From an uncultured Actinomycetota bacterium (GTDB taxonomy: Bacteria; Actinomycetota; Actinomycetes; JAHEKZ01), in the NCBI GenBank assembly GCA_963718235.1, contig CAVQYR010000001.1:1632001-1696000 (forward strand): a stretch of 64,000 nt of DNA, read 5' to 3'. Both the position numbers and the translations under genes were made by a program. Of this stretch, positions 15,841 through 27,294 are shown piece by piece. Below the pieces are notes generated by a model. It was not told the DNA's origin, did no database searches, and was given only the letters and a program-made list of their open reading frames with translations. Each line of letters begins with the position of its first letter. Positions within the stretch are counted from its first letter, which is position 1.

Positions 15841-17842
15841 GTGAGCTCGTCGAAGCCGGCCGCCAGGCGCCGGCGGCGGCTCCCCGGCCCGCCCGACGAG
15901 CCGGCCCCGGTCCTGCCGGTCGGTCGGGTCGCCGTCGACGTCTCGCTGGCCCACCTCGACCGCCCCTTCGACTACCTGGTCCCCGCGTCGCTGGACGCCG
16001 TGGCCGTTCCCGGCTGCCGGGTGAGGGTCCGATTCGCTGGTCAGCTGGTCGACGGCTACCTGCTGGAGCGCACCGAGAGCTCCACGCACGAAGGCCGCCT
16101 CAGCCCGATCGCCACCGTGGTCTCGGCGTGTCCCGTCGTGTCCCCCGAGGTCGCTCGTCTGGCTCGCGCCGTGGCCGACCGGTACGGCGGGACGCTGGTC
16201 GACGTCCTGCGGCTGGCCGTACCGCCGCGGCACGCGGCGGTGGAGAAGGAGGCCCGGCCCGACCCCGCTTGGGCCGCCGCCCCGGCGCCCCCGGACGCTG
16301 GGCCGTGGGCGGAGTACCCGACCGGGGCGGCCTACGTCGAGGCGCTCGCGACCGGTCGCTCGCCACGGGCGGTGTGGGCGGCCCTGCCCGGCGACGCCTG
16401 GGTCGAGGCGCTCGCGGTTGCCGCCGCAGCCACCCGCGCGTCGGGTCGGGGCGTCCTGGTCGTGGCGCCGGACCAGCGTGACCTCCAGCGACTGTCGGCC
16501 GGGCTGGCCGCCCGGGTCGGCGCGGAGGGCGGTCGTCGTCCTCACCGCCGAGGTGGGTCCACGCGAGCGCTACCGCCGGTGGCTGGCCGTGCGGCGCGGC
16601 GAGGCTCGGGTAGTCGTCGGGACCAGAGCGGCCATGTTCGCCCCCGTGGCCGAGCTCGGGCTGGTGGCGGTCTGGGACGACGGCGACGACCTGCACGCCG
16701 AGCCCCGGGCGCCCTACCCGCACGTGCGTGAGGTGCTGGCCCTGCGCTCGCACCTCGACGGTGCCGCGCTGCTCGTCGGCGGGTTCGCGGTCACCGCAGA
16801 GGGTGCGGCCCTGGTCGAGCGGGGCTTCGCCCGGCCGCTGGCCGGGCGGCGTGGCGTGGTGCGGTCGCACGCGCCGCGGGTCCGCGCGATCGACGACGCG
16901 GTGGGCGACCGCGACGACCCGGCCGCCCGGTCGGCCCGCCTGCCGACCCTCGCCTGGCGGACGGCACACGAAGCCCTGACCAGCGGCCCCGTTCTGGTCC
17001 AGGTGCCCCGCCGCGGCTACGTCCCGGCGGTGGGCTGCGCCCGCTGCCACGCCCGCGCCACGTGCCCGGTCTGCCATGGCCCGTTCGGCCTGTCCGGGGC
17101 CAGCGCGGTTCCGGTCTGCCGCTGGTGCGGTCGGGCCGAGCCACAGTGGCGGTGCCCGGAGTGCGGCTTCGGCCGGCTGCGGGCCCGGGTCGTGGGGGCG
17201 CGCCGCACGGCTGACGAGCTCGGCCGGGCCTTCGCGTCGGTCCCCGTCGTCACGTCGGGTGGCGGCGACGTGCGGGCGGAGGTGTCGGGCCGACCAGCCC
17301 TGGTCGTCGCGACGCCAGGCGCCGAGCCGGTCGCCGAGGGCGGCTACGTGGCGGCGCTGCTGCTCGACGCGTGGGCCCTGCTCGGCCGGCACGACCTGCG
17401 GGCCGGGGAGGAGGCGCTGCGCCGGTGGCTGAACGCCGCCGCGCTGGTGCGCCCGGCCGACCGGGGCGGCCGGGTCGTGGTCGTTGCCGACGCCGGGGCC
17501 CGTGCGGTCCAGTCCCTGGTCCGGTGGGACCCGGTCGGCTTCGCCGAGCGAGAGCTGGTCGAGCGGCAGAGTGCGGGGCTCCCGCCGGCGGTGCGCCTCG
17601 CCGTGCTGACCGGGTCGGCGGAGGGCGTCGACGACGTCCTGGCCCGCGCCGACCTGCCGGACACCGTCGACGTCCTCGGCCCGACGGCGGAGGCCGACGG
17701 CACGGTGCGGGCGATCGCACGGGCACCCCTGAGCCGTGCGTCGGGGCTGGTGAGCGCGCTGCGTCGCGCGCAGGGCGAGCGCAGCGCCCGCAAGGAGGCC
17801 GAGCACGTCCGCCTCCAGGTCGACCCCCCCGTCCTCGGCTGA
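15841..17842 (+). pseudogene. priA: Primosomal protein N' (PriA) split by a single +1 frameshift near 16528 (possibly a sequencing error)
   Basis: N-terminal part (LAHLDRPFDYLVP...VGAE) and C-terminal part (AVVVLTAEVGP...GTRAAMFAP...CxxC zinc motifs...RLQVDP) lie in different frames; removing one G from GGG 16527-16529 restores one ORF. Confidence 0.85.
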
Positions 17843-17914
17843 GCCCACGACTCCGGAGAGGTGGCGGCCTTCTGCGCGCGCGTAGCCGCCACAGCTCCGG
17901 AGTGACGTGGGCTC
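17841..17914. repeat. Long imperfect intergenic inverted repeat (REP-like hairpin)
   Basis: Nested arms GAGCCCACG/CGTGGGCTC, ACTCCGGAG/CTCCGGAGT and GTGGCGGC/GCCGCCAC. Confidence 0.7.
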
Positions 17915-17950
17915 GTAGACTGGGCGCCGTCCTCGACCTGGGAGCCTCGC

Positions 17951-18496
17951 ATGTCGGTCCAACCGATTCGCCTCTTCGGCGACCCGGTTCTTCGCACGTC
18001 GGCCTCACCGGTCGTCGACTTCGACAAGGAGCTGCGCACCCTGGTCAAGGACCTCACCGAGACGATGATCGACGCGCCGGGCGTGGGCCTGGCCGCGCCC
18101 CAGCTGGGCGTCTCGCTGCGGGTCTTCACCTACGACGTCGACGATGTCGTCGGACACCTGGTCAACCCGGTGCTCGACCTCACCGAGGAGCAGCAGGACG
18201 GCGAGGAGGGCTGCCTGTCCCTGCCCGGGCTGGTGTTCGACACCCCGCGCGCGTACGGCGTGGTCGCCAAGGGGTTCAACATGTACGGCGACCCCGTGGT
18301 GATCGAGGGCACCGAGCTGCTCGCCCGCTGTGTGCAGCACGAGGCCGACCACCTCGACGGGATCTTGTTCATCGACCGGCTCGACGGCGAGCAGCGCAAG
18401 GCCGCGATGAAGGCGATCCGGGAGGCCGAGTGGGCCCAGGAGGCCGTACCGGTCGTGAAGGTCAGCCCGCACGCGACCTTCGGCAAGGCGTTCTGA
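17951..18496 (+). CDS. def: Peptide deformylase
   Basis: GVGLAAPQ, EGCLS, QHEADH. Confidence 0.97.
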   Translation: MSVQPIRLFGDPVLRTSASPVVDFDKELRTLVKDLTETMIDAPGVGLAAPQLGVSLRVFTYDVDDVVGHLVNPVLDLTEEQQDGEEGCLSLPGLVFDTPRAYGVVAKGFNMYGDPVVIEGTELLARCVQHEADHLDGILFIDRLDGEQRKAAMKAIREAEWAQEAVPVVKVSPHATFGKAF

Positions 18497-18499
18497 CAA

Positions 18500-19426
18500 G
18501 TGCGGCTCCTGTTCGCCGGCACCCCGGCCGCGGCGGTGCCGGCCCTGCGTGCGCTGCTCGACTCCCACCACGAGGTGGTGGCCGTGCTCACCCGTCCCGA
18601 CGCGCGCTCCGGGCGCGGGCGTCGGCTCACCGCGTCTGCGGTCGGGGAGGTGGCGCGCGACGCCGGGGTGCTGACCCTCACGCCCGGTCGGGTCAGCGAC
18701 CCCGGGGTCGCCGAGCAGCTGTCCGACCTCCGCCTCGAGTGCGCCCCGATCGTGGCCTACGGCGGGCTGATCCCCTCGTCGCTGCTCGCGGTGCCCACCT
18801 ATGGCTGGGTCAACCTGCACTTCTCGCTCCTGCCCGCCTGGCGGGGGGCAGCCCCGGTGCAGCGGGCGGTCCTGGCCGGCGACCCGGTCACGGGGGCGAC
18901 GACGTTCCGGCTCGACGAAGGTATGGACACCGGTCCGGTCTTCGGGGTGACCACCGAGCCGATCCGCCCGACCGACACCAGCGGTGACCTGCTCGACCGA
19001 CTGGCCCGGTCGGGTGCCCGGCTGCTCGTGCGAACCCTGGACGGCATCGAGCGGAGCGAGCTCGTCGCGGTGGCCCAGCCCGACGAGGGCGTGTCGCTGG
19101 CACCGAAGCTGAGCGTCGCCGACGCGCGGGTCGACTGGTCGGCGCCGGCTCTGCACGTCGACCGCCTGGTGCGGGCGTGCACGCCGGCCCCCGGGGCCTG
19201 GACCACGGCTCGAGGCGAACGGCTCAAGGTGCTGGCCGTCGCCCCCCTCCCGCAGCGGGTCGACCTGGATCCGGGCCTGGTCGACGTCGACAAGCACCGG
19301 ATCTGCGTCGGTACCGGCTCACACGCGGTCGAGCTGGTCGAGGTGCAGGCTCAGGGGAAGGCCCGGATGGCGGCCTCGGACTGGGCCCGTGGCCTGCGGC
19401 TCGGCTCCGGTGAGTCGCTGGGATGA
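18500..19426 (+). CDS. fmt: Methionyl-tRNA formyltransferase
   Basis: FAGTP, NLHFSLLPAWRGAAPVQ, MDTG. Confidence 0.96.
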   Translation: MRLLFAGTPAAAVPALRALLDSHHEVVAVLTRPDARSGRGRRLTASAVGEVARDAGVLTLTPGRVSDPGVAEQLSDLRLECAPIVAYGGLIPSSLLAVPTYGWVNLHFSLLPAWRGAAPVQRAVLAGDPVTGATTFRLDEGMDTGPVFGVTTEPIRPTDTSGDLLDRLARSGARLLVRTLDGIERSELVAVAQPDEGVSLAPKLSVADARVDWSAPALHVDRLVRACTPAPGAWTTARGERLKVLAVAPLPQRVDLDPGLVDVDKHRICVGTGSHAVELVEVQAQGKARMAASDWARGLRLGSGESLG

Positions 19427-20829
19427 GCCGTCCCCGTCGAGCAGCGGCCGACGACCCGGCCCGACGCGTCGCCTACGACACGCTGCGCGCGGTCGACGAA
19501 CGTGACGCCTACGCGAACCTGACCCTGCCGACGCTGTTGCGCGAACGGGGCATCTCCGGGCGCGACGCCGCCTTCGCCACCGAGCTCGCCTACGGCACGC
19601 TGCGCGGAAGGGGCACCTACGACGCCGTGCTCGGCGCCTGCGTCGACCGCCCTCTGGCCGATGTCGACCCGCAGCTCCTCGACCTGCTGCGGATGGGGGC
19701 CCACCAGCTGCTGTCGTCGCGGGTTCCCGACCACGCCGCGGTCTCCTCGACCGTCGACCTCACCCGTTCGGTCCTCGGGCAAGGGCGGGCCGGCTTCGTC
19801 AACGCGGTGCTGCGCAAGGTGGCCGGTCGCGACCGCGACGGCTGGCTGCAGACACTCGGCGCGACGGGTGACGATGACGAGGCGCTCGCCCTTCGGACGT
19901 CACACCCGGCGTGGATCGTGCGGGCCTTCCAGGACGCGCTGGGCGGCTCCCGGGCCGAGACCGAGCAGCTGCTCGCTGCCGACAACGTCGCTGCCGAGGT
20001 CTCCCTGGTCGGCCGTCCCGGCCGCTGCAGCGTCGACGAGCTGCTCCGGGCCGGCGCCCGTCCTGGTCGATGGTCGCCATACGCCGCCGTCCTGCCGTTC
20101 GGTGACCCGGGTGCGATCGCTGCCGTTCGCGAGGGTCGGGCCGGGGTCCAGGACGAGGGCAGCCAGCTCGTGACGCTTGCGCTCGCAGACGTACCCGTCG
20201 ACGGACCCGACGTCCGGTGGCTCGACCTGTGCGCCGGCCCGGGCGGCAAGGCGGCGCTGCTCGACGCCCTGGCTGCCCAGCGGGGAGCACGGCTCACGGC
20301 GGTCGAGAGCCAGCCCCACCGGGCCGACCTCGTGCGCCGGGTCGTCGGCCAGACCGCCGACGTCGTGACCGGTGACGGCACCGACGACCGTTGGGCGACC
20401 GGTGACCACGACCGGGTGCTCGTCGACGCACCGTGCACCGGCCTGGGTGCGCTGCGCCGTCGGCCCGAGGCCCGGTGGCGCAGGCTGCCGTCCGACGTCG
20501 CCGCACTGGGACGCCTCCAGCGTGCGCTGCTGGCCAGCGCCCTGGCTGCGGTCCGACCGGGAGGTGTCGTGGCGTACGTGACCTGCTCGCCGCACCTCGC
20601 CGAGACCCGGTTCGTGGTGGACGACGTGCTGAAGACCCACCCTCACGTCGAGCGGGTCGACGCACGGGCCGTGCTGCCCGACGTCCCGCAGTCCGGCGAG
20701 GGACTGCACGTGCAGCTGTGGCCACACGTCCACGGGACCGACGCGATGTACCTGGCGCTGCTCCGGCGCGCCGACGGGGGCAGCGCTGCCATGACGCCGC
20801 GTCTGTCCCGTCGGCAATGGACGGCCTGA
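19423..20829 (+). CDS. rsmB: 16S rRNA m5C methyltransferase RsmB/Sun
   Basis: NusB-like N-terminus, VQDEGS, DLCAGPGGK, DAPCTG, YVTCS. Confidence 0.93.
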   Translation: MSRPRRAAADDPARRVAYDTLRAVDERDAYANLTLPTLLRERGISGRDAAFATELAYGTLRGRGTYDAVLGACVDRPLADVDPQLLDLLRMGAHQLLSSRVPDHAAVSSTVDLTRSVLGQGRAGFVNAVLRKVAGRDRDGWLQTLGATGDDDEALALRTSHPAWIVRAFQDALGGSRAETEQLLAADNVAAEVSLVGRPGRCSVDELLRAGARPGRWSPYAAVLPFGDPGAIAAVREGRAGVQDEGSQLVTLALADVPVDGPDVRWLDLCAGPGGKAALLDALAAQRGARLTAVESQPHRADLVRRVVGQTADVVTGDGTDDRWATGDHDRVLVDAPCTGLGALRRRPEARWRRLPSDVAALGRLQRALLASALAAVRPGGVVAYVTCSPHLAETRFVVDDVLKTHPHVERVDARAVLPDVPQSGEGLHVQLWPHVHGTDAMYLALLRRADGGSAAMTPRLSRRQWTA

Positions 20830-20840
20830 GGCACCCCTGG

Positions 20841-21578
20841 TCAGCGGGGAAGGGGGAGTACCGGACCGACCCCGCGAGCCCGCAGGGCCCTCCACACCGC
20901 CCAGAACTGACGGGCCCGGTGCCGCTGGGCCCGCCAGTCGCGGCCGGTGACCCGGTGGTGCAGGTCGACCGGGACCTCCACGACCCGAAAGCCCTGGCGC
21001 AGCAGGTCGATGGTGAGTCCGACCTCCACCCCGAACCCGTCGGCCAGCGGGGTCGCCGCGTCGAAGGCAGCCCGGGTGAGGGCACGTTGGCCGGACAAGG
21101 GCTGGGTCGCCGACCACCCGGTCGCCTGCGCGATGCCGTCGTGGGCCAGCCGGACGACGAACCCACGCCCGCCACCCGACCGCGCCTGCGTCGGAAGGGT
21201 GGCGATGGTCATGTCCGCCTCGCCGCGCAGCACCGGAGGCAGGAGCGCGCCCGCGTCGGCCGCCGACGCCTGCAGGTCGGCGTCGAGGAACAGCATCGGG
21301 CGCCCGCCGACCCCGCACTCGCGCTCGAGACGGCCGACCTCCGCGGCGCCGCGCTGCATCGCCGCCGCCTTGCCCGCGTTGGTCACCAGGCGCACGACGT
21401 GCGCGCCGGCCTGCGTGGCCTGCTCGCTCGTTGCGTCGGTCGATCCGTCGTCGACCACGACCACCAGGTCGACCCCGGGCAGGGCGGCTGCTGCGCCCGT
21501 GGTCGAAGCGATCCGGTCGGCCTCCTGGAAGGCGGGGATCACCACGGCGGCACCGTCGGTGCGAAGCGTCGTGGGCAT
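20841..21578 (-). CDS. Glycosyltransferase family 2
   Basis: VVIPAFQE, VVDDGSTD, FLDAD (DxD), PLSGQRA. Confidence 0.9.
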   Translation of the reverse strand: MPTTLRTDGAAVVIPAFQEADRIASTTGAAAALPGVDLVVVVDDGSTDATSEQATQAGAHVVRLVTNAGKAAAMQRGAAEVGRLERECGVGGRPMLFLDADLQASAADAGALLPPVLRGEADMTIATLPTQARSGGGRGFVVRLAHDGIAQATGWSATQPLSGQRALTRAAFDAATPLADGFGVEVGLTIDLLRQGFRVVEVPVDLHHRVTGRDWRAQRHRARQFWAVWRALRARGVGPVLPLPR

Positions 21579-21608
21579 GGCGGGATCCTGGCACAGCGCG
21601 GGGGTCGG

Positions 21609-22784
21609 TCAGGCGACCCTCGCGGTGGCCTCCACCCGGTTCTTGCCGTCGCGCTTGGCCCGGAAGAGACGCTGGTCAGCCGCCTGCATCAAGGACACCT
21701 CGTCGTCGTGGTCGGTCGAGCAGGCCACGCCGAACGATGCCGTGACGTGCAGGCGCCCGTCGAGCTCGCGCCAGCTGTGCTCGTCCAGCTCGCTGCGCAT
21801 CCGCTCGCAGACCCGGAACGCGTCAGCGGCCGAGGTGCCCGGCATCAGCAGCACGAACTCCTCACCGCCCATCCGCACGAGCACGTCGGAGGCCCGCGTG
21901 CCAGCTCCCAGGACGGTGGCCGCACCGCGGAGGACGTCGTCGCCGACCACGTGGGTGAAGCGGTCGTTGATCGACTTGAAGTCGTCGAGGTCGGCCACAG
22001 CGACACTGAGTGGGGTGCCCGTCCGCTTGGCATAGGCGAACAGGTGCCCGAGCTCGTCGTCGAGGTGACGTCGGTTGTGCAGTCCAGTCAACGGGTCGCG
22101 CAGGGTCAGCTCGGACAGCTGTTCCGCGAGCTGCTCCTGGGTGCGCAGAGCCTCCTCGAGCTGCGCGGTGCGCTGTTGGACCCGCTCGTCGAGCTGCACT
22201 GCGAGCCGTTCGGCCCGCCGCTGCGCCTCCTGGGACGCGAGGAGCGCCTGGGTGACCGAGTGGGCCGAGACCCACGACACAACCCCGACGAGGACGGTGA
22301 CGACGAAGGCGTAGGAGAGCATGTAGCCCACGCTGGTCGGCGCCTGGGGGCCTGGGGCGACCACCCGTAGGAGCACGAGGACGACGAGCGCGCCGAGGAC
22401 CGACCAGACCACCTGGCGGGGGTACAGCGAGGCGCCGGCGACGGCCACCAGGAAGGGCAGGTACATCGGAGTCGCACCGATGTTCTGCTCGATCGCAGCC
22501 GCGGTGACGAGCATGAGCGAGAGCGCCGCCAGGAGCAGAAGGACGGCGAGCTCGACCCGGCCCCGGTCGGCGAGACGTCGCAGGGCGAAGGTGCAGACGA
22601 CGCCGACCAGGACGACAGGGATCACGATCTGAGGGGCGGGCAGCAGAAGAGCCAGCCCGCAGTAGGCCAGCCCGCAGAAGGCGAGCGCGGTGAACAGCGT
22701 GTGCGCGATCCGCACCCGCTGCGACTCCACCGGCGTGCTGACCCTCCGGCTCCATGGCGCGCCCCCCGACGCGCGGGACCCCAT
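21609..22784 (-). CDS. Membrane-bound diguanylate cyclase (GGDEF)
   Basis: About 6 TM helices, coiled coil, [21 protein letters not shown]-site RASD and active site GGEEF; start uncertain (22874, 22784 or later). Confidence 0.9.
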   Translation of the reverse strand: MGSRASGGAPWSRRVSTPVESQRVRIAHTLFTALAFCGLAYCGLALLLPAPQIVIPVVLVGVVCTFALRRLADRGRVELAVLLLLAALSLMLVTAAAIEQNIGATPMYLPFLVAVAGASLYPRQVVWSVLGALVVLVLLRVVAPGPQAPTSVGYMLSYAFVVTVLVGVVSWVSAHSVTQALLASQEAQRRAERLAVQLDERVQQRTAQLEEALRTQEQLAEQLSELTLRDPLTGLHNRRHLDDELGHLFAYAKRTGTPLSVAVADLDDFKSINDRFTHVVGDDVLRGAATVLGAGTRASDVLVRMGGEEFVLLMPGTSAADAFRVCERMRSELDEHSWRELDGRLHVTASFGVACSTDHDDEVSLMQAADQRLFRAKRDGKNRVEATARVA

Positions 22785-22922
22785 ACCGATCACCCTTCCG
22801 CTGGCCCGAACGTCGCCCGACCCACCGTCCGTGTTCCCGTCCCTGCTCCATCGTCGGGCCGGCTCCGTGGACACCTTGACGAAACGCCGGCAGCCCCACC
22901 CGTGCGGCCTACACTCGCGCGG

Positions 22923-23606
22923 GTGGGCATCCAGATCTCACCGAGCATCCTGTCGGCCGACTTCAGCCGCCTCGGGGCCGAGGTCGCGGCGGTCTCGGCC
23001 GTCGCCGACTGGGTGCACGTCGACGTCATGGACAACCACTTCGTACCGAACCTCACCCTCGGTCTGCCGATCGTGGAGAGCCTGGCCCGGGTGTCGGCGC
23101 TTCCCTTGGACTGCCACCTGATGATCGACGACCCCGACCGGTGGGCCCCGCCCTACGCCGAGGCCGGTGCCCAGTCGGTCACCTTCCACGTCGAGGCCGC
23201 GGCCGACCCGGTGCGGCTGGCCCGGGCGCTGCGCTCTCTGTCGGCTCGGGCCGGTATGGCGTTGAAGCCGGCGACGCCGGTCGAGCCGTACGTGGGGCTG
23301 CTCGCCGAGGTCGACATGCTGCTGCTGATGACGGTCGAACCCGGCTTCGGCGGCCAGCCTTTCCTCGACGTCGTCCTGCCGAAGATCCGCGCCGCCCGTC
23401 AGCTGCTGGTCGATGCCGACTCCCAGGTCTGGCTCCAGGTCGACGGCGGGATCGGTCCGGAGACGATCGAGCGTGCCGCCGAGGCGGGCGCCGACGTGTT
23501 CGTCGCTGGTTCTGCGGTGTTCAGGAGCGACGACCCGGCGGCGATGGTGGAGCTGCTGCGGGCCAAGGCACGCAGCGCCGTCCCCGGGGTCGATGTGCGA
23601 CACTGA
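22923..23606 (+). CDS. rpe: Ribulose-phosphate 3-epimerase
   Basis: [30 protein letters not shown]; GTG start 7 nt after TACACT. Confidence 0.96.
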   Translation: MGIQISPSILSADFSRLGAEVAAVSAVADWVHVDVMDNHFVPNLTLGLPIVESLARVSALPLDCHLMIDDPDRWAPPYAEAGAQSVTFHVEAAADPVRLARALRSLSARAGMALKPATPVEPYVGLLAEVDMLLLMTVEPGFGGQPFLDVVLPKIRAARQLLVDADSQVWLQVDGGIGPETIERAAEAGADVFVAGSAVFRSDDPAAMVELLRAKARSAVPGVDVRH

Positions 23607-23625
23607 TCCGGTTCGAGGTAACCCT

Positions 23626-23754
23626 CGCGCGCTCCGGGGTCGGTGCAACTCCGAACCGGCGGTGACAGTCCGCGACCCGTCCGCAGCCAGCGGCCGGTTG
23701 ACCTGGTGGAACTCCGGGACCGACGGTGAAAGTCCGGATGGGAGGCAGCGCGCG
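23626..23754 (+). ncRNA. FMN riboswitch (RFN element)
   Basis: CTCCGGGGTCGGTGCAACTCCGAACCGGCGGTGACAGTCCGCGA...CTGGTGGAACTCCGGGACCGACGGTGAAAGTCCGGATGGGAG, closed by a CGCGCGCT/AGCGCGCG stem, directly upstream of the rib operon. Confidence 0.96.
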
Positions 23755-23836
23755 TTCGGTGACGCCGTGGTCCCACGACGTCACCGGTCGCCGCTCTCTC
23801 CGTGCTCCGGTCCGCGCCCGATGCGCAGGAGTGAGT

Positions 23837-24859
23837 GTGGCCAGCCCCGCCGAGGTCGACGCGATGCGTCGCGCGCTCGCCGCTGCCGTGGAACCAGACG
23901 CACCACTCGGTCCGAACCCGCGCGTGGGGTGCGTCCTGCTGGCCCGCGACGGCGCCCAGCTGGCGGTCGGGCACCACCACGGGGCCGGGACGCCGCATGC
24001 CGAGGTCGACGCGCTCCGCAGGTCCTTCGCAGCCACGGTGGGAGCGACGGCGGTGGTCACCCTCGAACCCTGTGCCCACACCGGTCGAACCGGGCCCTGC
24101 GCGCCGGCGCTGGTCGCGGCCGGCATCGCCCGCGTCGTGGTGGCGCAGCGTGACCTCAGTGTGCGCGCCGCAGGTGGGGTCGACCTGCTGCGGGCGGCCG
24201 GCGTCGACGTCGAGACGGGCGTGCTCGAGGCGCAGGCGCGAGCGGTGAACCCGTGGTGGACCACGGCCGTCGAGCGCGACCGTCCCTTCGTCACCTGGAA
24301 GCTCGCCGCGACCCTCGACGGTCGGGTGGCTGCGGCCGACGGCTCCAGCCGCTGGATCACCGGCCCGGGGGCCCGCGCTGACGGCCACGCCCTGCGCGCC
24401 GTCGTCGACGCCGTCGTCGTCGGCACGGGCACCGTGCTGACCGACGACCCACAGCTCACGGTGCGCGGTGCCGACGGAGTGGCGGGCAGACGCCAGCCGC
24501 TGCGCGTGGTGATCGGGCGCCGCCTGCCCCCGCCGACCGCTGCGGTGCTCGACGATGCTGCTGCGACGAGGGTGTTCCCGACCCACGACGTCCGCGAGGT
24601 CGTCGAGACGCTGGGGGCAGCGGGCCTGCACCACCTGCTCGTGGAGGGCGGGCCGACCCTGGCCGGGGAGTTCGTGCGTCAGGGACTGGTCGACCGAGTC
24701 GTCGCGTATGTCGCGCCGACCCTGCTCGGTACCGGCGTGCATGCGCTGGGCGACGTCGGGATCGGGTCGATCGACGAGGCGCTGCGCCTCGACCTGCAGG
24801 ACGTCACCCGGATCGGTGACGACGTCCGGATCACCGCCACCGTAGCCAAGGAGGCCTAG
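23837..24859 (+). CDS. ribD: Riboflavin biosynthesis deaminase/reductase
   Basis: PNPRVG, HAE, TLEPC-x8-C, KLAATLDG, VEGG. Confidence 0.95.
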   Translation: MASPAEVDAMRRALAAAVEPDAPLGPNPRVGCVLLARDGAQLAVGHHHGAGTPHAEVDALRRSFAATVGATAVVTLEPCAHTGRTGPCAPALVAAGIARVVVAQRDLSVRAAGGVDLLRAAGVDVETGVLEAQARAVNPWWTTAVERDRPFVTWKLAATLDGRVAAADGSSRWITGPGARADGHALRAVVDAVVVGTGTVLTDDPQLTVRGADGVAGRRQPLRVVIGRRLPPPTAAVLDDAAATRVFPTHDVREVVETLGAAGLHHLLVEGGPTLAGEFVRQGLVDRVVAYVAPTLLGTGVHALGDVGIGSIDEALRLDLQDVTRIGDDVRITATVAKEA

Positions 24860-25480
24860 ATGTTCACTGGCATCGTCGAGGAGCTCGGTGAGGTCGTCGC
24901 GATCGAGTCGCTGACCGACTCGGCCCGGCTGACCGTTCGGGGGCCGATGGTCACCGCCGACGCGCACCACGGCGACTCGATCGCGGTGAACGGGGTGTGC
25001 CTCACCGTCGTCACCTGCGAGAACGACGCCTTCACCGCCGACGTGATGCGCCAGACGCTGCGGTCGTCCGGCCTCGGCGATCTCACGGTCGGGTCCGCGG
25101 TGAACCTGGAGCGCCCGATGACGCTGTCGTCGCGGCTCGGCGGCCACCTGGTCCAGGGGCACGTCGACGGTGTGGCCGAGATCCTGGACCGGGAGCCGGC
25201 CGAGCACTGGGAGCTGGTGCGGCTGTCCCTTCCCTCGTCGGTGTCCCGCTACGTCGTGGCCAAGGGGTCGATCACCGTCGATGGCGTGTCCCTGACCGTG
25301 GCCGACCTCGACTCCGGCTCGTTCGTGGTCAGCCTGATCCCCACGACGCTCGCGCTCACCACCCTGGGCCGCAAGGGCGTCGGCGAGCGGGTCAACCTGG
25401 AGGTCGACGTCATCGCCAAGTACGTCGAGCGACTCCTGCGGACCGACCTGGCGGACTCCGACGAGAAGGTGAGCCCGTGA
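24860..25480 (+). CDS. ribE: Riboflavin synthase
   Basis: MFTGIVEE N-terminus, [15 protein letters not shown]. Confidence 0.96.
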   Translation: MFTGIVEELGEVVAIESLTDSARLTVRGPMVTADAHHGDSIAVNGVCLTVVTCENDAFTADVMRQTLRSSGLGDLTVGSAVNLERPMTLSSRLGGHLVQGHVDGVAEILDREPAEHWELVRLSLPSSVSRYVVAKGSITVDGVSLTVADLDSGSFVVSLIPTTLALTTLGRKGVGERVNLEVDVIAKYVERLLRTDLADSDEKVSP

Positions 25481-26763
25481 ACGACGAACTGACACCCGGG
25501 GACCACGCTCCGGTGGTGCTGGACCCGGTGGAGCGGGCGGTGGAGGACCTCCGGGCCGGCAGGGCCGTGGTCGTCGTCGACGACGAGGACCGTGAGAACG
25601 AGGGAGACCTGATCTTCGCGGCCGGCAAGGCGACCCCGCAGCTCGTCGGGTTCATGATCCGGCACACCTCGGGGGTGATCTGCGTCGCCATGCACGGCAA
25701 GGACCTCGACCGGCTGAAGCTGCCCCCCATGACCGCCGTCAACGAGGACCGCAAGGGCACCGCCTACGCGGTGAGTGTCGACGCCCGCGACGGGATCAGC
25801 ACCGGGATCTCCGCGGTCGACCGGGCCCGGACGATCCGGGTGCTGGTCGACTCGGCGACCGAGCCGTTCGAGCTCACCCGCCCCGGGCACGTGTTCCCGC
25901 TGCGCGCGGTCGAGGGAGGAGTGCTGCGTCGGGCCGGTCACACCGAGGCGGGCCCCGACCTGGCCCGGCTCGCCGGCCTCACCCCTGCAGCCGCGATCTG
26001 CGAGATCGTCCACGACGACGGGTCGATGATGCGCGCCCCCGAACTGCGCCGGTTCGCCGACGAGCACGGTCTGGCGATGATCTCCATCGCCGACCTGATC
26101 GCCTACCGACGACGCCACGAGAGCCAGGTGCAGCGCGTGGCCGAGACCCGCCTGCCCACCGAGCACGGGGAGTTCACCGCGTTCGGGTTCCGCGACACCG
26201 TGACGGGCATGGAGCACGTGGCGCTGGTGCGCGGTGACATCGGTGACGGCCTGGACCTCCTCGTGCGGGTGCACTCGGAGTGCCTGACCGGCGACGTGCT
26301 GGGCTCGACGCGCTGCGACTGCGGCCCGCAGCTGCACGCAGCGATGGCCCGGATCGCGGCCGAGGACCGCGGGGTCCTGCTGTACGTGCGGGGGCACGAA
26401 GGCCGAGGCATCGGCCTGCTCCACAAGCTGCAGGCCTACCAGCTGCAGGACGCCGGGAGCGACACGGTCGACGCCAACCTCGAGCTCGGTCTGCCGGCCG
26501 ATGCCCGCGACTACGGCACCGGTGCACAGATCCTGGCCGACCTCGGCGTGCGGACGATGCGGCTGCTCACGAACAACCCCGCCAAGCGAGCCGGCATCGA
26601 GGGCTACGGACTGCAGGTCGTCGGACGCGAGCCCCTGCCGACGACGGTTACCGCGGACAACCTCGCGTACCTGCGGACCAAGCGCGACCGGATGGGGCAC
26701 GACCTGCCGAACCTCGACGACGGGCGGACCACACCGCCCCCCACGAAGGAGCTTTCCTCGTGA
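25477..26763 (+). CDS. ribBA: Bifunctional DHBP synthase / GTP cyclohydrolase II
   Basis: [34 protein letters not shown]. Confidence 0.96.
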   Translation: MNDELTPGDHAPVVLDPVERAVEDLRAGRAVVVVDDEDRENEGDLIFAAGKATPQLVGFMIRHTSGVICVAMHGKDLDRLKLPPMTAVNEDRKGTAYAVSVDARDGISTGISAVDRARTIRVLVDSATEPFELTRPGHVFPLRAVEGGVLRRAGHTEAGPDLARLAGLTPAAAICEIVHDDGSMMRAPELRRFADEHGLAMISIADLIAYRRRHESQVQRVAETRLPTEHGEFTAFGFRDTVTGMEHVALVRGDIGDGLDLLVRVHSECLTGDVLGSTRCDCGPQLHAAMARIAAEDRGVLLYVRGHEGRGIGLLHKLQAYQLQDAGSDTVDANLELGLPADARDYGTGAQILADLGVRTMRLLTNNPAKRAGIEGYGLQVVGREPLPTTVTADNLAYLRTKRDRMGHDLPNLDDGRTTPPPTKELSS

Positions 26764-27242
26764 GCCGCACCGGAGCGCCCAGTCCCACCGTTCCCAGCGC
26801 AGGGTCACTGCGGGTCGCGATCGTTGCGGCGTCCTGGCACCCGGTGGTGATGGGTGGTCTCGTTGCAGGGGCCCGACGGATGCTGTCCGAGGCGGGGATC
26901 ACCGAGCCGAAGGTCCTTCGGGTCCCCGGGACGTTCGAGCTGCCGGTCGTCTCGTTGGCGTTGGCCCGTCAGGGCTACGACGCCGTGGTCGCGCTGGGAG
27001 TGGTGATCCGAGGGGGCACCCCTCACTTCGAGTACGTGTGCCGAGCCGCGACCGACGGCCTGACCCGGGTCGCGCTCGACACCGGTGTTCCGGTCGGCTT
27101 CGGGGTGCTGACCTGTGACACCGAGCGCCAGGCGCTCGACCGGGCCGGCCTCAACGACTCCCCTGAGGACAAGGGCGCCGAGGCGGCTCTGGCGGCGATC
27201 AGCACGGCCCTGCTGCTGGCTGACCTGCGCGGCCCACGGTGA
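26760..27242 (+). CDS. ribH: 6,7-dimethyl-8-ribityllumazine synthase
   Basis: [28 protein letters not shown]. Confidence 0.96.
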   Translation: MSRTGAPSPTVPSAGSLRVAIVAASWHPVVMGGLVAGARRMLSEAGITEPKVLRVPGTFELPVVSLALARQGYDAVVALGVVIRGGTPHFEYVCRAATDGLTRVALDTGVPVGFGVLTCDTERQALDRAGLNDSPEDKGAEAALAAISTALLLADLRGPR

Positions 27243-27294
27243 TCCGCCCTCACTACGCTGGGCCGGCCGAGATCACGACCCAGGAGTCGAGCCC

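Noticed and set aside
22876-22915. TTGACG as the -35 of the rpe promoter
   Set aside because: Spacing to TACACT is 28 nt, too long
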